Part shown: one piece after another, positions 21,173-34,246 of the stretch | Numbering within the stretch: the stretch's first letter is position 1 | Layout: the number at the start of each line of letters is the position of its first letter | NCBI GenBank assembly: GCA_937984275.1 | Contig: CALJYC010000099.1 | Coordinates: 1 to 47,319, forward strand | Length of the DNA: 47,319 bases | Source: an uncultured bacterium | GTDB taxonomy: Bacteria > Myxococcota_A > Polyangia > Polyangiales > Houyiibacteriaceae | Direction of reading: 5' to 3' | Notes under the pieces: generated by a model | Seen by the model: the letters and a program-made list of their open reading frames with translations, nothing else | What the model was told of the DNA's origin: nothing | Databases searched by the model: none | Program-made: the position numbers and the translations under genes

Positions 21173-21280
21173 GCCTTCGGCCGGGCGACGGTTGCCAAGC
21201 GGGCTCCGCGGCCTCACAAAGATAGAAGGGGCTGTGCCCCATGCTAGGTCGGTGATTCCGCCGCGCCCGCGCCTTATTAT

Positions 21281-23227
<1,947 letters not shown>

Positions 23228-23242
23228 TTGACGGAGGTTCCG

Positions 23243-24085
23243 ATGCCTGAGCTGTGGGGGGTCATCAATGTGACGCCAGACTCATTCAGCGACGGTGGCC
23301 GGTACCTCGATCCTGGCGCGGCGGTCGATCACGGCCGGCGCTTACTCGAGGAGGGTGCCGACGTCCTGGACATCGGGGGCGAGTCCTCCCGCCCGGCGGG
23401 CCGAACGTATGGCGAAGGGTTCGACCATGTAACGGTGGCCGAAGAAATCGCGCGGGTCGTGCCGGTCATCGAGGCGCTTGCGGGCGAGCTCCGGGCGCGT
23501 GTCTCTATCGACACCGTCAAGCCCGATGTCGCCGCGGCTGCCCTCAGCGCCGGTGCAACCATCGTCAACGACGTGCGTTGCGCGGAAGACCCCGGGCTCG
23601 CGGAGGCCGCCGCAGCTGCGGGCGCCGACTACGTGATCATGCACAGTCGCGGGCGGGGCGAGGTGCGGCCTCCCAACATCGACTACGAGGACGTCGTTCA
23701 GGACGTGCTGCGCGAGCTTCTGCGGGCAGCTGAACGCGTGGAGCGTGCCGGCGTGCCGCGAGCCGCCGTTTGGCTCGATCCGGGCCTCGGATTCGCGAAG
23801 ACCGCCCGCCAGTCGGCTGCGCTACTAAGTTCTCTTGGGCGTTTCCGAAAGACCGGATACCGTGTACTTGTGGGGCCTTCACGGAAATCGTTCATTGCCG
23901 AGCTTGCGCCGAATCGAGGCGGTGAGCCCCCGTCGGCCGAGGATCGGCTCGGCGGCACGGCAGCGGCGGTTGCGATCTGCGTGGCGGCCGGAGTCGACGC
24001 GGTGCGGGTGCACGACGTGCATGTAATGCGTCAGCTCGTTCGCGTCGCCGAAGCGCTCCACGTGTCAGGCGAGGGCTCACCATGA
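23243..24085 (+). CDS. folP: Dihydropteroate synthase
   Basis: Contains GVINVTPDSFSDGG, DIGGESSRP, VNDV and DPGLGFAK. I prefer ATG 23243, 5 nt after GGAGG. The track start, TTG 23228, abuts the ftsH stop. Confidence 0.92.
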   Translation: MPELWGVINVTPDSFSDGGRYLDPGAAVDHGRRLLEEGADVLDIGGESSRPAGRTYGEGFDHVTVAEEIARVVPVIEALAGELRARVSIDTVKPDVAAAALSAGATIVNDVRCAEDPGLAEAAAAAGADYVIMHSRGRGEVRPPNIDYEDVVQDVLRELLRAAERVERAGVPRAAVWLDPGLGFAKTARQSAALLSSLGRFRKTGYRVLVGPSRKSFIAELAPNRGGEPPSAEDRLGGTAAAVAICVAAGVDAVRVHDVHVMRQLVRVAEALHVSGEGSP

Positions 24086-25011
24086 TCGAAGTCCTAACCG
24101 GCCTGCTGACCGAGCTGAGCGACGGCTTCCTGGGCTTCTTCCAACGAAATCCGTGGGAAGTGCTTCACGATTGCTTCGACATCGGCTTGGTCGCAGTTCT
24201 CATCTACTGGGCATTGGTCATCCTGCGTGGCACGCGCGCCATGCAGGTGGCCATTGGTTTGTGTCTCGTGTTCGTAGGTTACCTTTTCGCCCGTCGTGTC
24301 GGGTTGGTGACCGTCACCACGATTCTAGATTCGGTGCTCGCGTATCTCGCGGTCATCGTCGTCATCATCTTCCAATCCGATATCCGGCGCGCGCTCGCCC
24401 GAATGGGAAGACGGCCGCTTCTTCGTGGGCAACGCACAGCCAAAGAGACGCAAACAATGGAAGAAGTGGTCAAGGCGGCGGGCACGCTCGCGCAGAAGCG
24501 TATCGGCGCATTGGTCGCGTTTGAGCGGAGCGCAGCACTGGACGAGTTCATCGAGCGCGGGACCGAGGTCGACGCGGCTGTCAGCAAAGAGCTCCTGCAC
24601 AGCATCTTCGTCCCCAGTTTCGAGAACCCCATGCACGACGGCGCGGTCGTGGTTCGCGAGGGGCGGATCTGGCAGGCTGGCGTGTTTCTGCCGATGGCGG
24701 GCTCTGCCGGAGGCGATCGCTCGCTCGGCGCGCGTCATCGCGCCGGTATCGGAATCACCGAAGAGACCGACGCGGTGGTGGTCGTAGTCAGCGAGGAGCG
24801 TGGCGCAATTTCACTTTGTTTCGACGGGAATATCGTCCGCAATCTCGACGTCGCCTCCCTGCGGGACGCGCTTTACGGCCTGTTCTACTCCCCCAACCGC
24901 GGTCGTCGCAAAGCCGCAGACCGTCGAAGCACCGTGGTGCCCCCGGAGCCGAGCCGGTCGCAGAACCCGGAGGCGGCCATCACGGTCAAGAAGGCTGAGG
25001 AAACAACGTGA
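24082..25011 (+). CDS. cdaA: Diadenylate cyclase CdaA (membrane-anchored DisA_N/DAC domain)
   Basis: 309 aa with three N-terminal TM segments. DAC motifs are present: HDGAVVV (DGA) and GARHRAGIGITEETDAVVVVVSEERGAISL (RHR). The ATG overlaps the folP stop (ATGA). Confidence 0.9.
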   Translation: MIEVLTGLLTELSDGFLGFFQRNPWEVLHDCFDIGLVAVLIYWALVILRGTRAMQVAIGLCLVFVGYLFARRVGLVTVTTILDSVLAYLAVIVVIIFQSDIRRALARMGRRPLLRGQRTAKETQTMEEVVKAAGTLAQKRIGALVAFERSAALDEFIERGTEVDAAVSKELLHSIFVPSFENPMHDGAVVVREGRIWQAGVFLPMAGSAGGDRSLGARHRAGIGITEETDAVVVVVSEERGAISLCFDGNIVRNLDVASLRDALYGLFYSPNRGRRKAADRRSTVVPPEPSRSQNPEAAITVKKAEETT

Positions 25012-25976
25012 GCGCGATCGTCGACGCGCTCAACACCATTCGGCTTTCCTTCACCGAGAACCTCGGGCTCAAGGCCGGCGCAATCGGCATCGCGATCCTC
25101 ATGTTCTCGTTGGTACATGGTGCGGAGGATATGGAGCGGAATGTGTATGTCGGCGTCGTGGTTCAGCCGCCATCCGACGCGCAGGACATGATTCTCGTGA
25201 CTGAAATTCCGGACAAAGTTCGTGTGCGGCTCAAGGGCAGCAGAGCGCGGCTGAACGCGATCCGGCAGGAGAACCTGCCTCCGGTCGACGTGAAGCTCAA
25301 GACGAAGGAAGAGCCGCGGTACTACCTCGAGAAGGAGATGTTCGACCTACCGACGGGTGTGTCAGTGATGCAGGTCGTTCCGCCTTCGTTGGTTTTCAAG
25401 TGGGTGCCTCGGGCCATCCGTGAGCTCCCTGTCGAGGTCTCTCTCGACGGCAGACTTCCCCCTGGGCTCGAATGGGCAGGAGAGCCCGAGGTGTTTCCGG
25501 AGACCATGGACGTCGACGGGCCACGAGATGTCGTCAACTCGATGCGGACGGTCCGCTCGATGGAGCTCGATGTCAGCCAGCTCGAGGATGGCGTCGTGCA
25601 GCGCGAGGTCCCGCTCGTCGGGGCGCCCGCCAATACGACCTTCGAGGCCCAGACCGTCCTGGTGACCCTGCGCGTCCAGCCCAAGATGACCGAGCGGGTT
25701 CTGTCACCGTTACGGGTCGATGCCGAGGGCCTCGTTCCTCGCGCTCTACGCCCTCGCGCGATCGCCGCGCGCCTCCGTGGCCCCGAGGCGATCCTCGATC
25801 AGCTCAACCCGGCCTCGGTGCTGGCGATCGTCCAGTTGAGCGACGTGTCCGCGAAGAAGGGTGCAGTGGCGGTGCCGGTGGAGCTTCGCGGGTTGCCCGA
25901 CGAGGTCGAAGTGCTCGAGCTCGAGCCAGCCATGATCACCGTGCTGCTCGGCGACGCCCCGTCGCCGCCCCCGTAG
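25008..25976 (+). CDS. cdaR: YbbR-domain protein, CdaA regulator CdaR-like
   Basis: 322 aa with one N-terminal TM followed by repeated YbbR-like beta-rich units. The GTG start overlaps the cdaA stop (GTGA), the canonical position after cdaA. Confidence 0.75.
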   Translation: MSAIVDALNTIRLSFTENLGLKAGAIGIAILMFSLVHGAEDMERNVYVGVVVQPPSDAQDMILVTEIPDKVRVRLKGSRARLNAIRQENLPPVDVKLKTKEEPRYYLEKEMFDLPTGVSVMQVVPPSLVFKWVPRAIRELPVEVSLDGRLPPGLEWAGEPEVFPETMDVDGPRDVVNSMRTVRSMELDVSQLEDGVVQREVPLVGAPANTTFEAQTVLVTLRVQPKMTERVLSPLRVDAEGLVPRALRPRAIAARLRGPEAILDQLNPASVLAIVQLSDVSAKKGAVAVPVELRGLPDEVEVLELEPAMITVLLGDAPSPPP

Positions 25977-26008
25977 ACGCGCTTCGCGCTGACGCGGCTG
26001 CGCCTGCT

Positions 26009-27376
26009 CTAGCGGGCGACCTTGAACTCTTTCTTGGCTTCGGCGGCGATGTCGTTGGCCATGGCCTTGATGCGATCGTGCTTTGGGCCTTCGATCATCA
26101 CGCGGAGCTTGGGCTCGGTCCCGCTCCAGCGAACCAGCACGCGGCCCTTCTTGCCGAGGGCCTTTTCCGCGATCGCGATGGCATGCGTCGTCTTGGGCAA
26201 GTCTTCCAGGGGGCGGCGATCGGGTAGGGTAATGTTCACCAGAACCTGTGGGACACGCTCCATCGCCTCCGCGGCGAGCTCGGAGAGTGGCCGCCCTTCG
26301 CGAAGCACGATGGCGAGCACCTGCATCGCGGCGACCAGGCCATCGCCCGTCGTCGCGTGGTCGAGAAAGATCAGGTGGCCCGACTGTTCGCCACCGAAGT
26401 TCAAGCCGCGCTTCCGCATCGTTTCGACGACGTAGCGGTCGCCGACGTTGCAGCGCAATAGCTTGCCGTTGTCATTCTCGATTGCGCGCTCGAGGCCGAG
26501 GTTGCTCATCACCGTGGCAACTAGGGTCCGCCGACGAAGTCGTTTGGCGCGGAGCATGCGCGTTGCGCACAGGGCCATGATCACGTCGCCGTCGATCTGG
26601 TTGCCCTTTTCATCGATCATGATGATGCGGTCCGCATCACCATCGAGGGCGATGCCGAGGTCTGCGCCGCGTTTCCGAACCTCTCTTGCGCACGCTTCTG
26701 GGTGGAGCGCGCCAACTTTGTGATTGATGTTCTTGCCGTTTGGCCGGACGCCAATTGCATGTGTGGCGGCTCCGAGCTCCGAAAAGACCAGCGGCGCGGT
26801 TCGATAGGCAGCGCCGTGTGCCGCGTCGACTACGATTTTGACGCCGTCAAGGGTGAGCTCGTCTGGGAACGACGCTTTGACAAACGCTACGTAGCGTCCG
26901 GGCGCATCGTCCAAGCGCTCGGCCCGCCCGACGCGTGTCCCCGTTGGACGCTTCTTATCGAGTTCGGAACCGAGAACAAGCGCCTCAACGTCTCGTTCCA
27001 CGTCATCGGGGAGCTTGAATCCATCCGGCCCGAAAATCTTGATTCCGTTGTCTTGGTAGGGGTTGTGCGAAGCGCTAATCACCACTCCGGCGTCTGCGCG
27101 CATGCTCGTCGTCAGGTGCGCGATGGCGGGCGTCGGAAGCGGCCCGGACAGCAGAACCTCACCGCCGAGGGCGCAGATACCCGACGCCACGGCAGTCTCG
27201 AAGAGATAGCCCGACAACCGGGTGTCCTTCCCGACGACGATTCTCGGCACGTGCTCGACGCGCTTGCCCGCTTGGTACGCGATCGCGGCGCCGATGCGAA
27301 AGGCCACCTCGGGGCTCATGTCCCCGCGATTGGCGAGGCCGCGAATGCCATCGGTTCCGAAGAGTTTGCGGTTCAT
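26009..27376 (-). CDS. glmM: Phosphoglucosamine mutase
   Basis: [13 protein letters not shown]..., active-site [15 protein letters not shown], and GGEQSGH. I prefer ATG 27376. The track start at 27430 would run into tamB. Confidence 0.95.
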   Translation of the reverse strand: MNRKLFGTDGIRGLANRGDMSPEVAFRIGAAIAYQAGKRVEHVPRIVVGKDTRLSGYLFETAVASGICALGGEVLLSGPLPTPAIAHLTTSMRADAGVVISASHNPYQDNGIKIFGPDGFKLPDDVERDVEALVLGSELDKKRPTGTRVGRAERLDDAPGRYVAFVKASFPDELTLDGVKIVVDAAHGAAYRTAPLVFSELGAATHAIGVRPNGKNINHKVGALHPEACAREVRKRGADLGIALDGDADRIIMIDEKGNQIDGDVIMALCATRMLRAKRLRRRTLVATVMSNLGLERAIENDNGKLLRCNVGDRYVVETMRKRGLNFGGEQSGHLIFLDHATTGDGLVAAMQVLAIVLREGRPLSELAAEAMERVPQVLVNITLPDRRPLEDLPKTTHAIAIAEKALGKKGRVLVRWSGTEPKLRVMIEGPKHDRIKAMANDIAAEAKKEFKVAR

Positions 27377-27383
27377 CTTTACT

Positions 27384-30300
27384 TCAAGGCTCCCACGTGA
27401 CGTCGATACTCCAGTTCGACGGAGGGGCAAAGGTGCCCGTAGTCACGAAGTTTAGTGGCCAAAGAGCCTCGATCAAGAAACCGGGACGCTGGGCCTGCGC
27501 TGTCGTGTTGGGACCGCCTTCGTTTCGCCGCGCCACGAACTGTCCTTCGACGTACAGTCCACGGATCGGAAGATTATCAGGGAGCACGCTGTCGACGCTG
27601 AATCCGACTTGGACCGCGGTGTCCCCCTCGATGTCGTCGGCAATGCCTTGTCCCTGGGTGATGCCGAACGTCGGTGCGAACCCGCCGAACTGAGACTGCA
27701 GTGATGCGGAGAAGAGGCCTGCGGCCACACCGGTGAGAAAGTTCGTGGTGTCCTGCGAGGCTTGGGCCGTGGAGGTGTTGACCCCGCGTTGTTGCCGCGT
27801 GCTGCCGGTGACGAGAAGCGCGATGACTTGGGCCTCGCTGGTCGTTGGAACACTCGATTTGAATTCGATGGTCGGGTTGCTCAGGCGCCCGGACACGACG
27901 ACGGTTACGGTGTCGTTGCTCCCACGCAGTGAGTGTCGCGCGACCAAGTCCACCTTGGCGTCCATGTCGGGGTGGCCGTCGAAGACCATACTTCCGGAAC
28001 GAATTTCGAACCGCTTCCCAAAGACCTGAAAGCTGCCTCGGTGGAGGTTGACTGAGCCTTTGACGGTGAACTCTTCGGCCATACTGGAGTCCAGCTTCGC
28101 GGTCGCTTCTACGTAAAAGCCCTGGTCCTTACTACGGATGACGAGCTTGTCTTTCGACCGAATCTTGAGCTTCACGTGGTAGGGGTCGGTTCTGCGGATC
28201 GGCTCGTAGGTCTCTCCTATGAGGAAGACCTCCGGATGCCGATCGAGGTCTTGCGGGGTTGCCGTGCTTTCCGGAATGTCGATCTCCAGCTTTCGGAGGC
28301 GCACCTCTCCGTCGAGGCCCTCATCCTCGAACTTCGCCAGCAAGCGGGCGCTTCCTTGGAGGCGTGCCATGATCGATCCTTCCTGCCGCAACGGGAAGTC
28401 GTTGGCCTGGACTACCAAGTCTACCTTGTTGAGCCGGAGCCTCTTGAACCCGACTCTGCCGTCGACCTCTGCGGTTCCCTTGGTATCGGTCGCCCGCAAT
28501 CCGGTGACGGCGACGCCATCCTCATCGAAGATCGCGCGCCCCGTCACGTCCTCGAGAGTCTGACCTACGCTTCGGAGGTTGACGCGGCCGTCGGAGAGCT
28601 CGACGCTTCCGACGAATCTCGGGTCCTGTATGCGGCCGTGCGCCGTCACGCTACCTTGGAGGATGCCTTCGACATTGACGACGCCCGCCATCCAGGCGAG
28701 CACCGCTTGTAGCGGCATCCGGTCGAAGTCCGCTCTTCCGCGCACGTCGCCTCTTTCTGCCAGCACGGGGATGGGGTTCTCGGTGTCCCATACCAGAGGA
28801 ACTTTCGCCGAGATCGTCGTCGCGCCGCCGTTCCACCACTGCATGTCGACGTCCATTTCGCCAAGGCCATCTTCATACGCGGCCGAGATGCGATTTCGGC
28901 TAGGCGGCGTTTCGACGATTGTGTTGACCATCCCGGTTCGTCGGGCAGGTTCTAGCCGTCGCGCTCGGAGCTCGTCCGCCGTGATCGAGAGCGAAAGCTT
29001 TGGATCGTTGCTGAACAGACCGGTGGCCTTGAGCTGCGCGCTCAAGTCGCCCGCGGCGTAGCGGCACACGTACGGGAGGTTTTCCGTGGGTGCCTCGTAG
29101 AAGTCGGCGCTGATCCGGGTTACAGGCCAGGAGGGGATCTCCGCGTTCCGCAGCCAATCGTCGAGCGGTGTCTCTGAGGATGCCTCCAGGTCGAGGACCT
29201 TGGTGTCCCCGACGACCCCGTCCATGGTGAGCTCCGTGAGCCCATCCTCGAGATGCGCCCTCACCGTGGCCCGCGGGTTGGACTCGCTTCCGCACAGGCC
29301 CTCCGACGAATCCGAAAGCCAGTCGATGCTCGAATGGAAGTCGCCGCGGGTTCGGAACGCGCCTCCCGCAAGTGTGAGGCTGGCTGCCAGTTGCAGCCGG
29401 TCGGCGTCTGGGACGAAGCGATCACTGAGGTTCCTCGGGAACGCGCTCAGTCGCCGCGGTGGCATCCGCATGGAAAGTCGCCACGGAGAAGTTGCGAGCG
29501 CTTCGGCGGCTTCGCCAGGTTCTTGCGCGAGGTGGACGAGGTCGACAAGCATGCTGCCTTCGGTTTCGATGAGCTGGCCATCGTCGTCGGCTAGGCGAAC
29601 TTGGGCGAGCAGGGCGCCATATTCGTACCGGAAGGCCGACGCTAGCTCGACAGGCCCCCAACCGTCGACGACGAGGCCCGGAATGTCGATGCTGCCTTTG
29701 AAGGCAGGTGCGTCGAATGGCCCCGAGAACTGAATGCTCGCGTCCGCATAGCCCTGCACATTGGGCATGTCCTCCTCGAAGATGAGCTCGAGTAGCGTGA
29801 GGTCCATCGCACCCGTGCTGAGCCTCGTCTCGTAGACACCTTCTCGCAAGGACGGTCCGATTCCGCCGGGCATTGCTTCGACGAAGCCCGTCGTGCTCAG
29901 AGTGAAATTGCCACGCCCGCCGAAGTCGACCTGTGCGTCGGCGTCGAGCAAGCCGTTGTCGTAGTGGATGAGATACGCGGCATTGACCGGCGTGATATCC
30001 CACAGGTTCGCGTCGGTCAGAGTGCCCTCCGCAACGATGGTGGGCTCTTTGTCGAGGTCGCCGCGGAACTCGAAGTGGAGATCGACCCCACCTGTGAAGT
30101 CTGGGGCATCTTCCGGGTAGAGGATCTGCAACACGGCCAAGTCGAAGTTCTCGAGGTCGGCGCGGATGTCGTCCGGCCCGTCGAACAGCCACACGCCCTG
30201 AGCCGCGAGACGTTGGGGGCCTCTGCCCATGAGGATCCTGTCGAATGAGATCCCCTTCTCCGGGTCGAGGGTCAGGTTGTTCACCGAGCCACGCCACCAG

Positions 30301-31994
30301 TGTTCGCCCACCGCAAGCTCTATCGCGTCGACGTCGAGCCTGTAGACCCCCTCGTTGACCTCGACGCGCGCTTGAAACTCCGCCCGCCGATCCCCTTGCG
30401 CGGTAAACGCACCGGTCGCCGAGTACTCGTTGGGGCCGCCGGTCAGAAGCGCCGTTCCATTGCCGATGGGATACCCGGCCACGCGCACCGCTGCGCCGTC
30501 GAGCTCCAGATCCAACTTGGGCTTCGAAGGGTCGCCCCAGATGCGCCCTTCGAGGATCAGGAAGTGAGCGCTGAGCGCGCCGTAGTCGAAGCGATCGAAG
30601 CGGACCCAACCCTTTGTCTCGAAGTCGCCGCGTACCGATTGGTGAATCCGTAGATCGAATTCCGCGTTGCCCTCGATCCCGGGCGCGTACTCCTGAAAAT
30701 TGGGATCGTCACTCACCTCCGGCACGTTTCCGCGTGCATGGATTTCGGTGATGCCTTCGTACTCGACGTGCCCATCCAGGTAGAGGTCGCCGCCCGCGTA
30801 GTGTGTCTGCACCGAATCGATGTCGAGGCCATCCTCTCGCGCCCGAAGCTTCGCGAGGAGCGCTGGGACGTGGATGTCTTCGTACACGAATCCTTCGGTT
30901 TCGATCTCGACGCCCAGCACGTCTTTGTCCTTCGGATCGCTGACCATCTCGATCCTGCCCGTGACCTCGACGTCGGGGACCCCCCCGATCACATCCGCGA
31001 GCTTCATCCGTGGGCTGGAGATCTCGATTCGGGTAACGCCATCGCTCGGCAGCTCACCTTGGACTCGCGCGCGTCCGCCCGCGGTGTTCAGGTCTGCTTG
31101 CAGGCGGTAGTCCTGCTCGGGCCCCCAAAGGCGCACCCAACCAGTCGTTTCCCCCTTGAGCGACTCCGCCCAATCGAAGCCGACGTCGTGTAAGGTCTCC
31201 GCCGCGACCGGTTCAACTCGCACGAAGAGGTCGAGGTCCCACGGGTCCTCGGGCGCGCTATTTTCTTCGTGCGGGCGATAGACCACCTCGGCGGTAAGCT
31301 GCTCATCGCCGCGGCTGGCCTCAGCGGTCATTTGCGCGCCCCTCGCGTCGGTGTGGACGCTTCCAACCAGGTTGTCGAGACTCGCTTCGAAGGGGAACGG
31401 CCTGATGAGGCGTCCGGCCGCGGACCAGACCTCGATGTCGGTGATCCAGTAGAACTCCATTCGGCCCTTTGTGTCGAGGTCGACGACGCGGAGGTTCTTC
31501 AGGCCGAGGAGCTCTCCGGTCACCTCGAGATTGCGCAGGTCCATGTTGTCCACGATCGCGTGGAACGGTTCGCCTTCCGTAGGCGTTTGGTCGGCCGCCT
31601 CGAACGCGGCGAGGAACGTCGGCGCACCTTCGCCGTCGTCGATCAGGTCGACCCAGCCATTGGTCAGGTTCCCGTAGTAGAACCGGAGGCGGCCACGAAG
31701 CCCCGCAATCGGATCGATGCCGAGCTCCACGGTTTCGCCGTAAATGATTGCGTTGCCATCCGGATCATAGACGAAGGTGTCTTTGACGACCGTCCGCCAA
31801 AGCCGAAGTTGCGTGATGTACCCAGCATGCAGGGTGCCGACCATTTGGTCCGACACGAACTCGTTGAGCATGTCCCGGCCGAGCCTGCGTCCGAGACCGG
31901 TGTCCAGGTGAAAAAGGACGCTTGCGATCAACGACAAGAGGGCGATGAGCGGCCAGCCCAGAAACCAACTGACGAGCCGGGACGCCCAACGCAT
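27384..31994 (-). CDS. tamB: Translocation and assembly module subunit TamB (AsmA-like, DUF490 C-terminus)
   Basis: 1536 aa with a single N-terminal anchor ([19 protein letters not shown]), a very long beta-rich body and a TamB-type C-terminal region. Its ATG shares one base with the tamA stop. Confidence 0.85.
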   Translation of the reverse strand: MRWASRLVSWFLGWPLIALLSLIASVLFHLDTGLGRRLGRDMLNEFVSDQMVGTLHAGYITQLRLWRTVVKDTFVYDPDGNAIIYGETVELGIDPIAGLRGRLRFYYGNLTNGWVDLIDDGEGAPTFLAAFEAADQTPTEGEPFHAIVDNMDLRNLEVTGELLGLKNLRVVDLDTKGRMEFYWITDIEVWSAAGRLIRPFPFEASLDNLVGSVHTDARGAQMTAEASRGDEQLTAEVVYRPHEENSAPEDPWDLDLFVRVEPVAAETLHDVGFDWAESLKGETTGWVRLWGPEQDYRLQADLNTAGGRARVQGELPSDGVTRIEISSPRMKLADVIGGVPDVEVTGRIEMVSDPKDKDVLGVEIETEGFVYEDIHVPALLAKLRAREDGLDIDSVQTHYAGGDLYLDGHVEYEGITEIHARGNVPEVSDDPNFQEYAPGIEGNAEFDLRIHQSVRGDFETKGWVRFDRFDYGALSAHFLILEGRIWGDPSKPKLDLELDGAAVRVAGYPIGNGTALLTGGPNEYSATGAFTAQGDRRAEFQARVEVNEGVYRLDVDAIELAVGEHWWRGSVNNLTLDPEKGISFDRILMGRGPQRLAAQGVWLFDGPDDIRADLENFDLAVLQILYPEDAPDFTGGVDLHFEFRGDLDKEPTIVAEGTLTDANLWDITPVNAAYLIHYDNGLLDADAQVDFGGRGNFTLSTTGFVEAMPGGIGPSLREGVYETRLSTGAMDLTLLELIFEEDMPNVQGYADASIQFSGPFDAPAFKGSIDIPGLVVDGWGPVELASAFRYEYGALLAQVRLADDDGQLIETEGSMLVDLVHLAQEPGEAAEALATSPWRLSMRMPPRRLSAFPRNLSDRFVPDADRLQLAASLTLAGGAFRTRGDFHSSIDWLSDSSEGLCGSESNPRATVRAHLEDGLTELTMDGVVGDTKVLDLEASSETPLDDWLRNAEIPSWPVTRISADFYEAPTENLPYVCRYAAGDLSAQLKATGLFSNDPKLSLSITADELRARRLEPARRTGMVNTIVETPPSRNRISAAYEDGLGEMDVDMQWWNGGATTISAKVPLVWDTENPIPVLAERGDVRGRADFDRMPLQAVLAWMAGVVNVEGILQGSVTAHGRIQDPRFVGSVELSDGRVNLRSVGQTLEDVTGRAIFDEDGVAVTGLRATDTKGTAEVDGRVGFKRLRLNKVDLVVQANDFPLRQEGSIMARLQGSARLLAKFEDEGLDGEVRLRKLEIDIPESTATPQDLDRHPEVFLIGETYEPIRRTDPYHVKLKIRSKDKLVIRSKDQGFYVEATAKLDSSMAEEFTVKGSVNLHRGSFQVFGKRFEIRSGSMVFDGHPDMDAKVDLVARHSLRGSNDTVTVVVSGRLSNPTIEFKSSVPTTSEAQVIALLVTGSTRQQRGVNTSTAQASQDTTNFLTGVAAGLFSASLQSQFGGFAPTFGITQGQGIADDIEGDTAVQVGFSVDSVLPDNLPIRGLYVEGQFVARRNEGGPNTTAQAQRPGFLIEALWPLNFVTTGTFAPPSNWSIDVTWEP

Positions 31995-34138
31995 CAGAAC
32001 GCCTCACCAATGGTGAAGTGGATGGCGCCCGGCACGCCTCCGCGAATGAAGCGGAAGATGTTGAACGCGTTGGGTGGTGCGTCCCCGCCGACGACCTGCC
32101 ACTTCGGGATCAGAAACCCGAAGTCGAGACGGATCGGTCCGACAGGCGTTTGGTATCGAAAGCCGAATCCCGCGGCGGCGCGAATGTAATTGAACCGGAA
32201 CACTTCGCCGCGGTTCACGTCGCCGAAGTCCATGAAGAGCGCTGTTGCGAAGGCCTGTGTGACAGGAACGCGCCACTCGACGCCGGCCTCCCATTTGCGT
32301 AGGCCGCCGTCGTTTCGAGCGTCGAAGCCCTCCCGGTTCAGTGAGTCGATGCTACCCGGGTCCCCAAGGAAACCACCAAAGAACCCCCGATGGGTCGTCG
32401 GACCACCAGAGCGCAGTCGGTAGTTTTGTGGACCGAGCGCTTGGCCAACCAAGTCGAGCCGATTGCGGTCTCGCGAGAACAAGAACATCGCCCCGACGCC
32501 AAACCGAAACGCGAGAGTCGAAGAGAGCGGTAGAGGCGCATAGCCTCGGACCTCGGGTGTGACGCGGACGTACTGCCAAGAGCGCTTCAGCTTGGCCGGC
32601 GATTGCTGGGTGCCGAGCTGAAAGAAGAATCCGGCCCGGGGGCTCCGAGAGTCGTCTCGAAGGTCGACGATGACGCGCTCGTCGAGAAAGACGACCTGGT
32701 AGCTCGTCGGGTATCGAGGATCCTTATCGACGGTCAAGAACGTATCGTAGTTGAGGGCGCCCACGAGCAGAAGGCGGCCTTCGAAAAACGGTCGTGAGAG
32801 GCTCCCGCGAATCTGAAGGTCATGGCGGCGAAAGAGCTCGAAGGGATCGGGGCCCCAGTCGTGCCGGAACTGGATCGAGGACGTCGTGCGCGGCTCGAGG
32901 AACGCCGGCCGCCTGTACTCGACGCGGAGCTCGTTGCCAAAGAGGAAGCCTCTACCGAATCGGAAGAGCGGGTCGCGCGCGACGATTTTCGGGCGGTCTT
33001 CGATGCGCAGGCGCCTGAAGCCGCCGATGAAATTCCGGTGCTCGAATAGCCCGAACAAGTGAACGTCCGAGATTCGAGTGTCCTGCTGGAGAGTCAAGGT
33101 GGTGATCGTGCCGCTCTGGAGGCCCGCGCCGATCCCCCAGCGGATCTCTCGGCCGGGCTCCACGGCGATGTTGACGTCGACGATCGCCGTGCACTGCTCG
33201 TCTTCGTCGCGGCGCGGGGTCGAGGTCACGTTCACCGATGCCAGCGCACCGAGTGCGTACACGGCACGCTGCGCGTCTGCGACGGTGAGCGAGCTGTAGG
33301 TTTGACCCGTTTTGAGGTTGGCCACCGCGAGGATAGTGTCAGCGGGGAGCTTACCGTTGCCAGTCACGGTGATGTCGCCGATTGAGCATGTGGGCCCAGC
33401 TTCGACATAGAGCTCGACGAACGCTTCTCGGGCTTCGCGGTCGATTTCGACGCGCCCCGACACGGCGCCGCACGCGTGGCTCGTCTCCCTGAGCTCGCGC
33501 CGGATCTCGCGCTTGGTCCGCTCGTACACCGCTTCGTCGAACGGTTTGCCGACCTCGAGCTCAACGGCCTTCCCGATCCTTGTGCGCTTGCCGGAGTCCA
33601 ACGCCTCATGGCCGGTCACCCGGATCGAGCCCACCAAGACCGGCTCGCCTTCCTCGACCTCGATCCCGATGGTCAGCTTGCAGCCCTCGTCGTCGTCTTC
33701 CCGGGCGCACGGGGCCTCGCCCCCAGCCGTGACGATGATGCGGTCGTTGCTGGCAGCCGAGGGCGGGTCGAACTCGGTGCTGACGACCGCAGCGTCGTAG
33801 TAGCCGCGCGCCTGATACCAGCGCTCGATTCGCGTCACATCGCGATCGAACACCGCCGAATCCAAGGTCGGCCAACCCTTGCGGAGTTTCTTCCAGAGGT
33901 CGAACGAGACTCGTTTGCCGTCGAAGGGCGGGACCCCGCATACCCGGTCCGCGCTGGTGCCGAACGACAGCGTGACGCGGTCCAACTCCTGGGTCGCCAG
34001 GCATGCGCGCAGGGACTCGTGATCGAGCGCCTCCATGCCGCTGAAACGGATCCGATCGATGCCGTAAGCATCCTCTGGGATCGTCTTGCAGCCGCTCGCC
34101 AGAACGAGCAGGAGGAAGATGCATCGCCGGCGAGCCAT
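31994..34138 (-). CDS. tamA: Omp85-family outer membrane protein, TamA homologue with a lipoprotein signal (TamL-like)
   Basis: 714 aa. The N-terminus MARRRCIFLLLVLASGCKT fits a lipobox. POTRA-like repeats are followed by a C-terminal beta-barrel ending ...HFTIGEAF (terminal aromatic). It is translationally coupled to tamB. Confidence 0.8.
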   Translation of the reverse strand: MARRRCIFLLLVLASGCKTIPEDAYGIDRIRFSGMEALDHESLRACLATQELDRVTLSFGTSADRVCGVPPFDGKRVSFDLWKKLRKGWPTLDSAVFDRDVTRIERWYQARGYYDAAVVSTEFDPPSAASNDRIIVTAGGEAPCAREDDDEGCKLTIGIEVEEGEPVLVGSIRVTGHEALDSGKRTRIGKAVELEVGKPFDEAVYERTKREIRRELRETSHACGAVSGRVEIDREAREAFVELYVEAGPTCSIGDITVTGNGKLPADTILAVANLKTGQTYSSLTVADAQRAVYALGALASVNVTSTPRRDEDEQCTAIVDVNIAVEPGREIRWGIGAGLQSGTITTLTLQQDTRISDVHLFGLFEHRNFIGGFRRLRIEDRPKIVARDPLFRFGRGFLFGNELRVEYRRPAFLEPRTTSSIQFRHDWGPDPFELFRRHDLQIRGSLSRPFFEGRLLLVGALNYDTFLTVDKDPRYPTSYQVVFLDERVIVDLRDDSRSPRAGFFFQLGTQQSPAKLKRSWQYVRVTPEVRGYAPLPLSSTLAFRFGVGAMFLFSRDRNRLDLVGQALGPQNYRLRSGGPTTHRGFFGGFLGDPGSIDSLNREGFDARNDGGLRKWEAGVEWRVPVTQAFATALFMDFGDVNRGEVFRFNYIRAAAGFGFRYQTPVGPIRLDFGFLIPKWQVVGGDAPPNAFNIFRFIRGGVPGAIHFTIGEAF

Positions 34139-34246
34139 CTACCTACGGCTTGTAGCGCGGAGAACCCCAATTCCGCCAGCGAACGGCGTAATTTCGGCCA
34201 TTTGGCGGCCGCCTCCCCGGCTGCTACAGCTATCGCCAGATTCCCC

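Noticed and set aside
27377-27430. Upstream start for glmM (track ORF 26009..27430) and likewise for ygfZ (to 5046) and erpA (to 4097)
   Set aside because: The extensions overlap the preceding genes, add non-conserved Arg-rich residues, and the conserved N-termini begin at the internal ATGs chosen above.
33476-34246. N-terminal 257-codon extension of the miaB ORF in the track
   Set aside because: The extension is antisense to tamA and has no MiaB similarity. The canonical MiaB N-terminus (MKRYFVQTFGCQMN) begins at ATG 34247.
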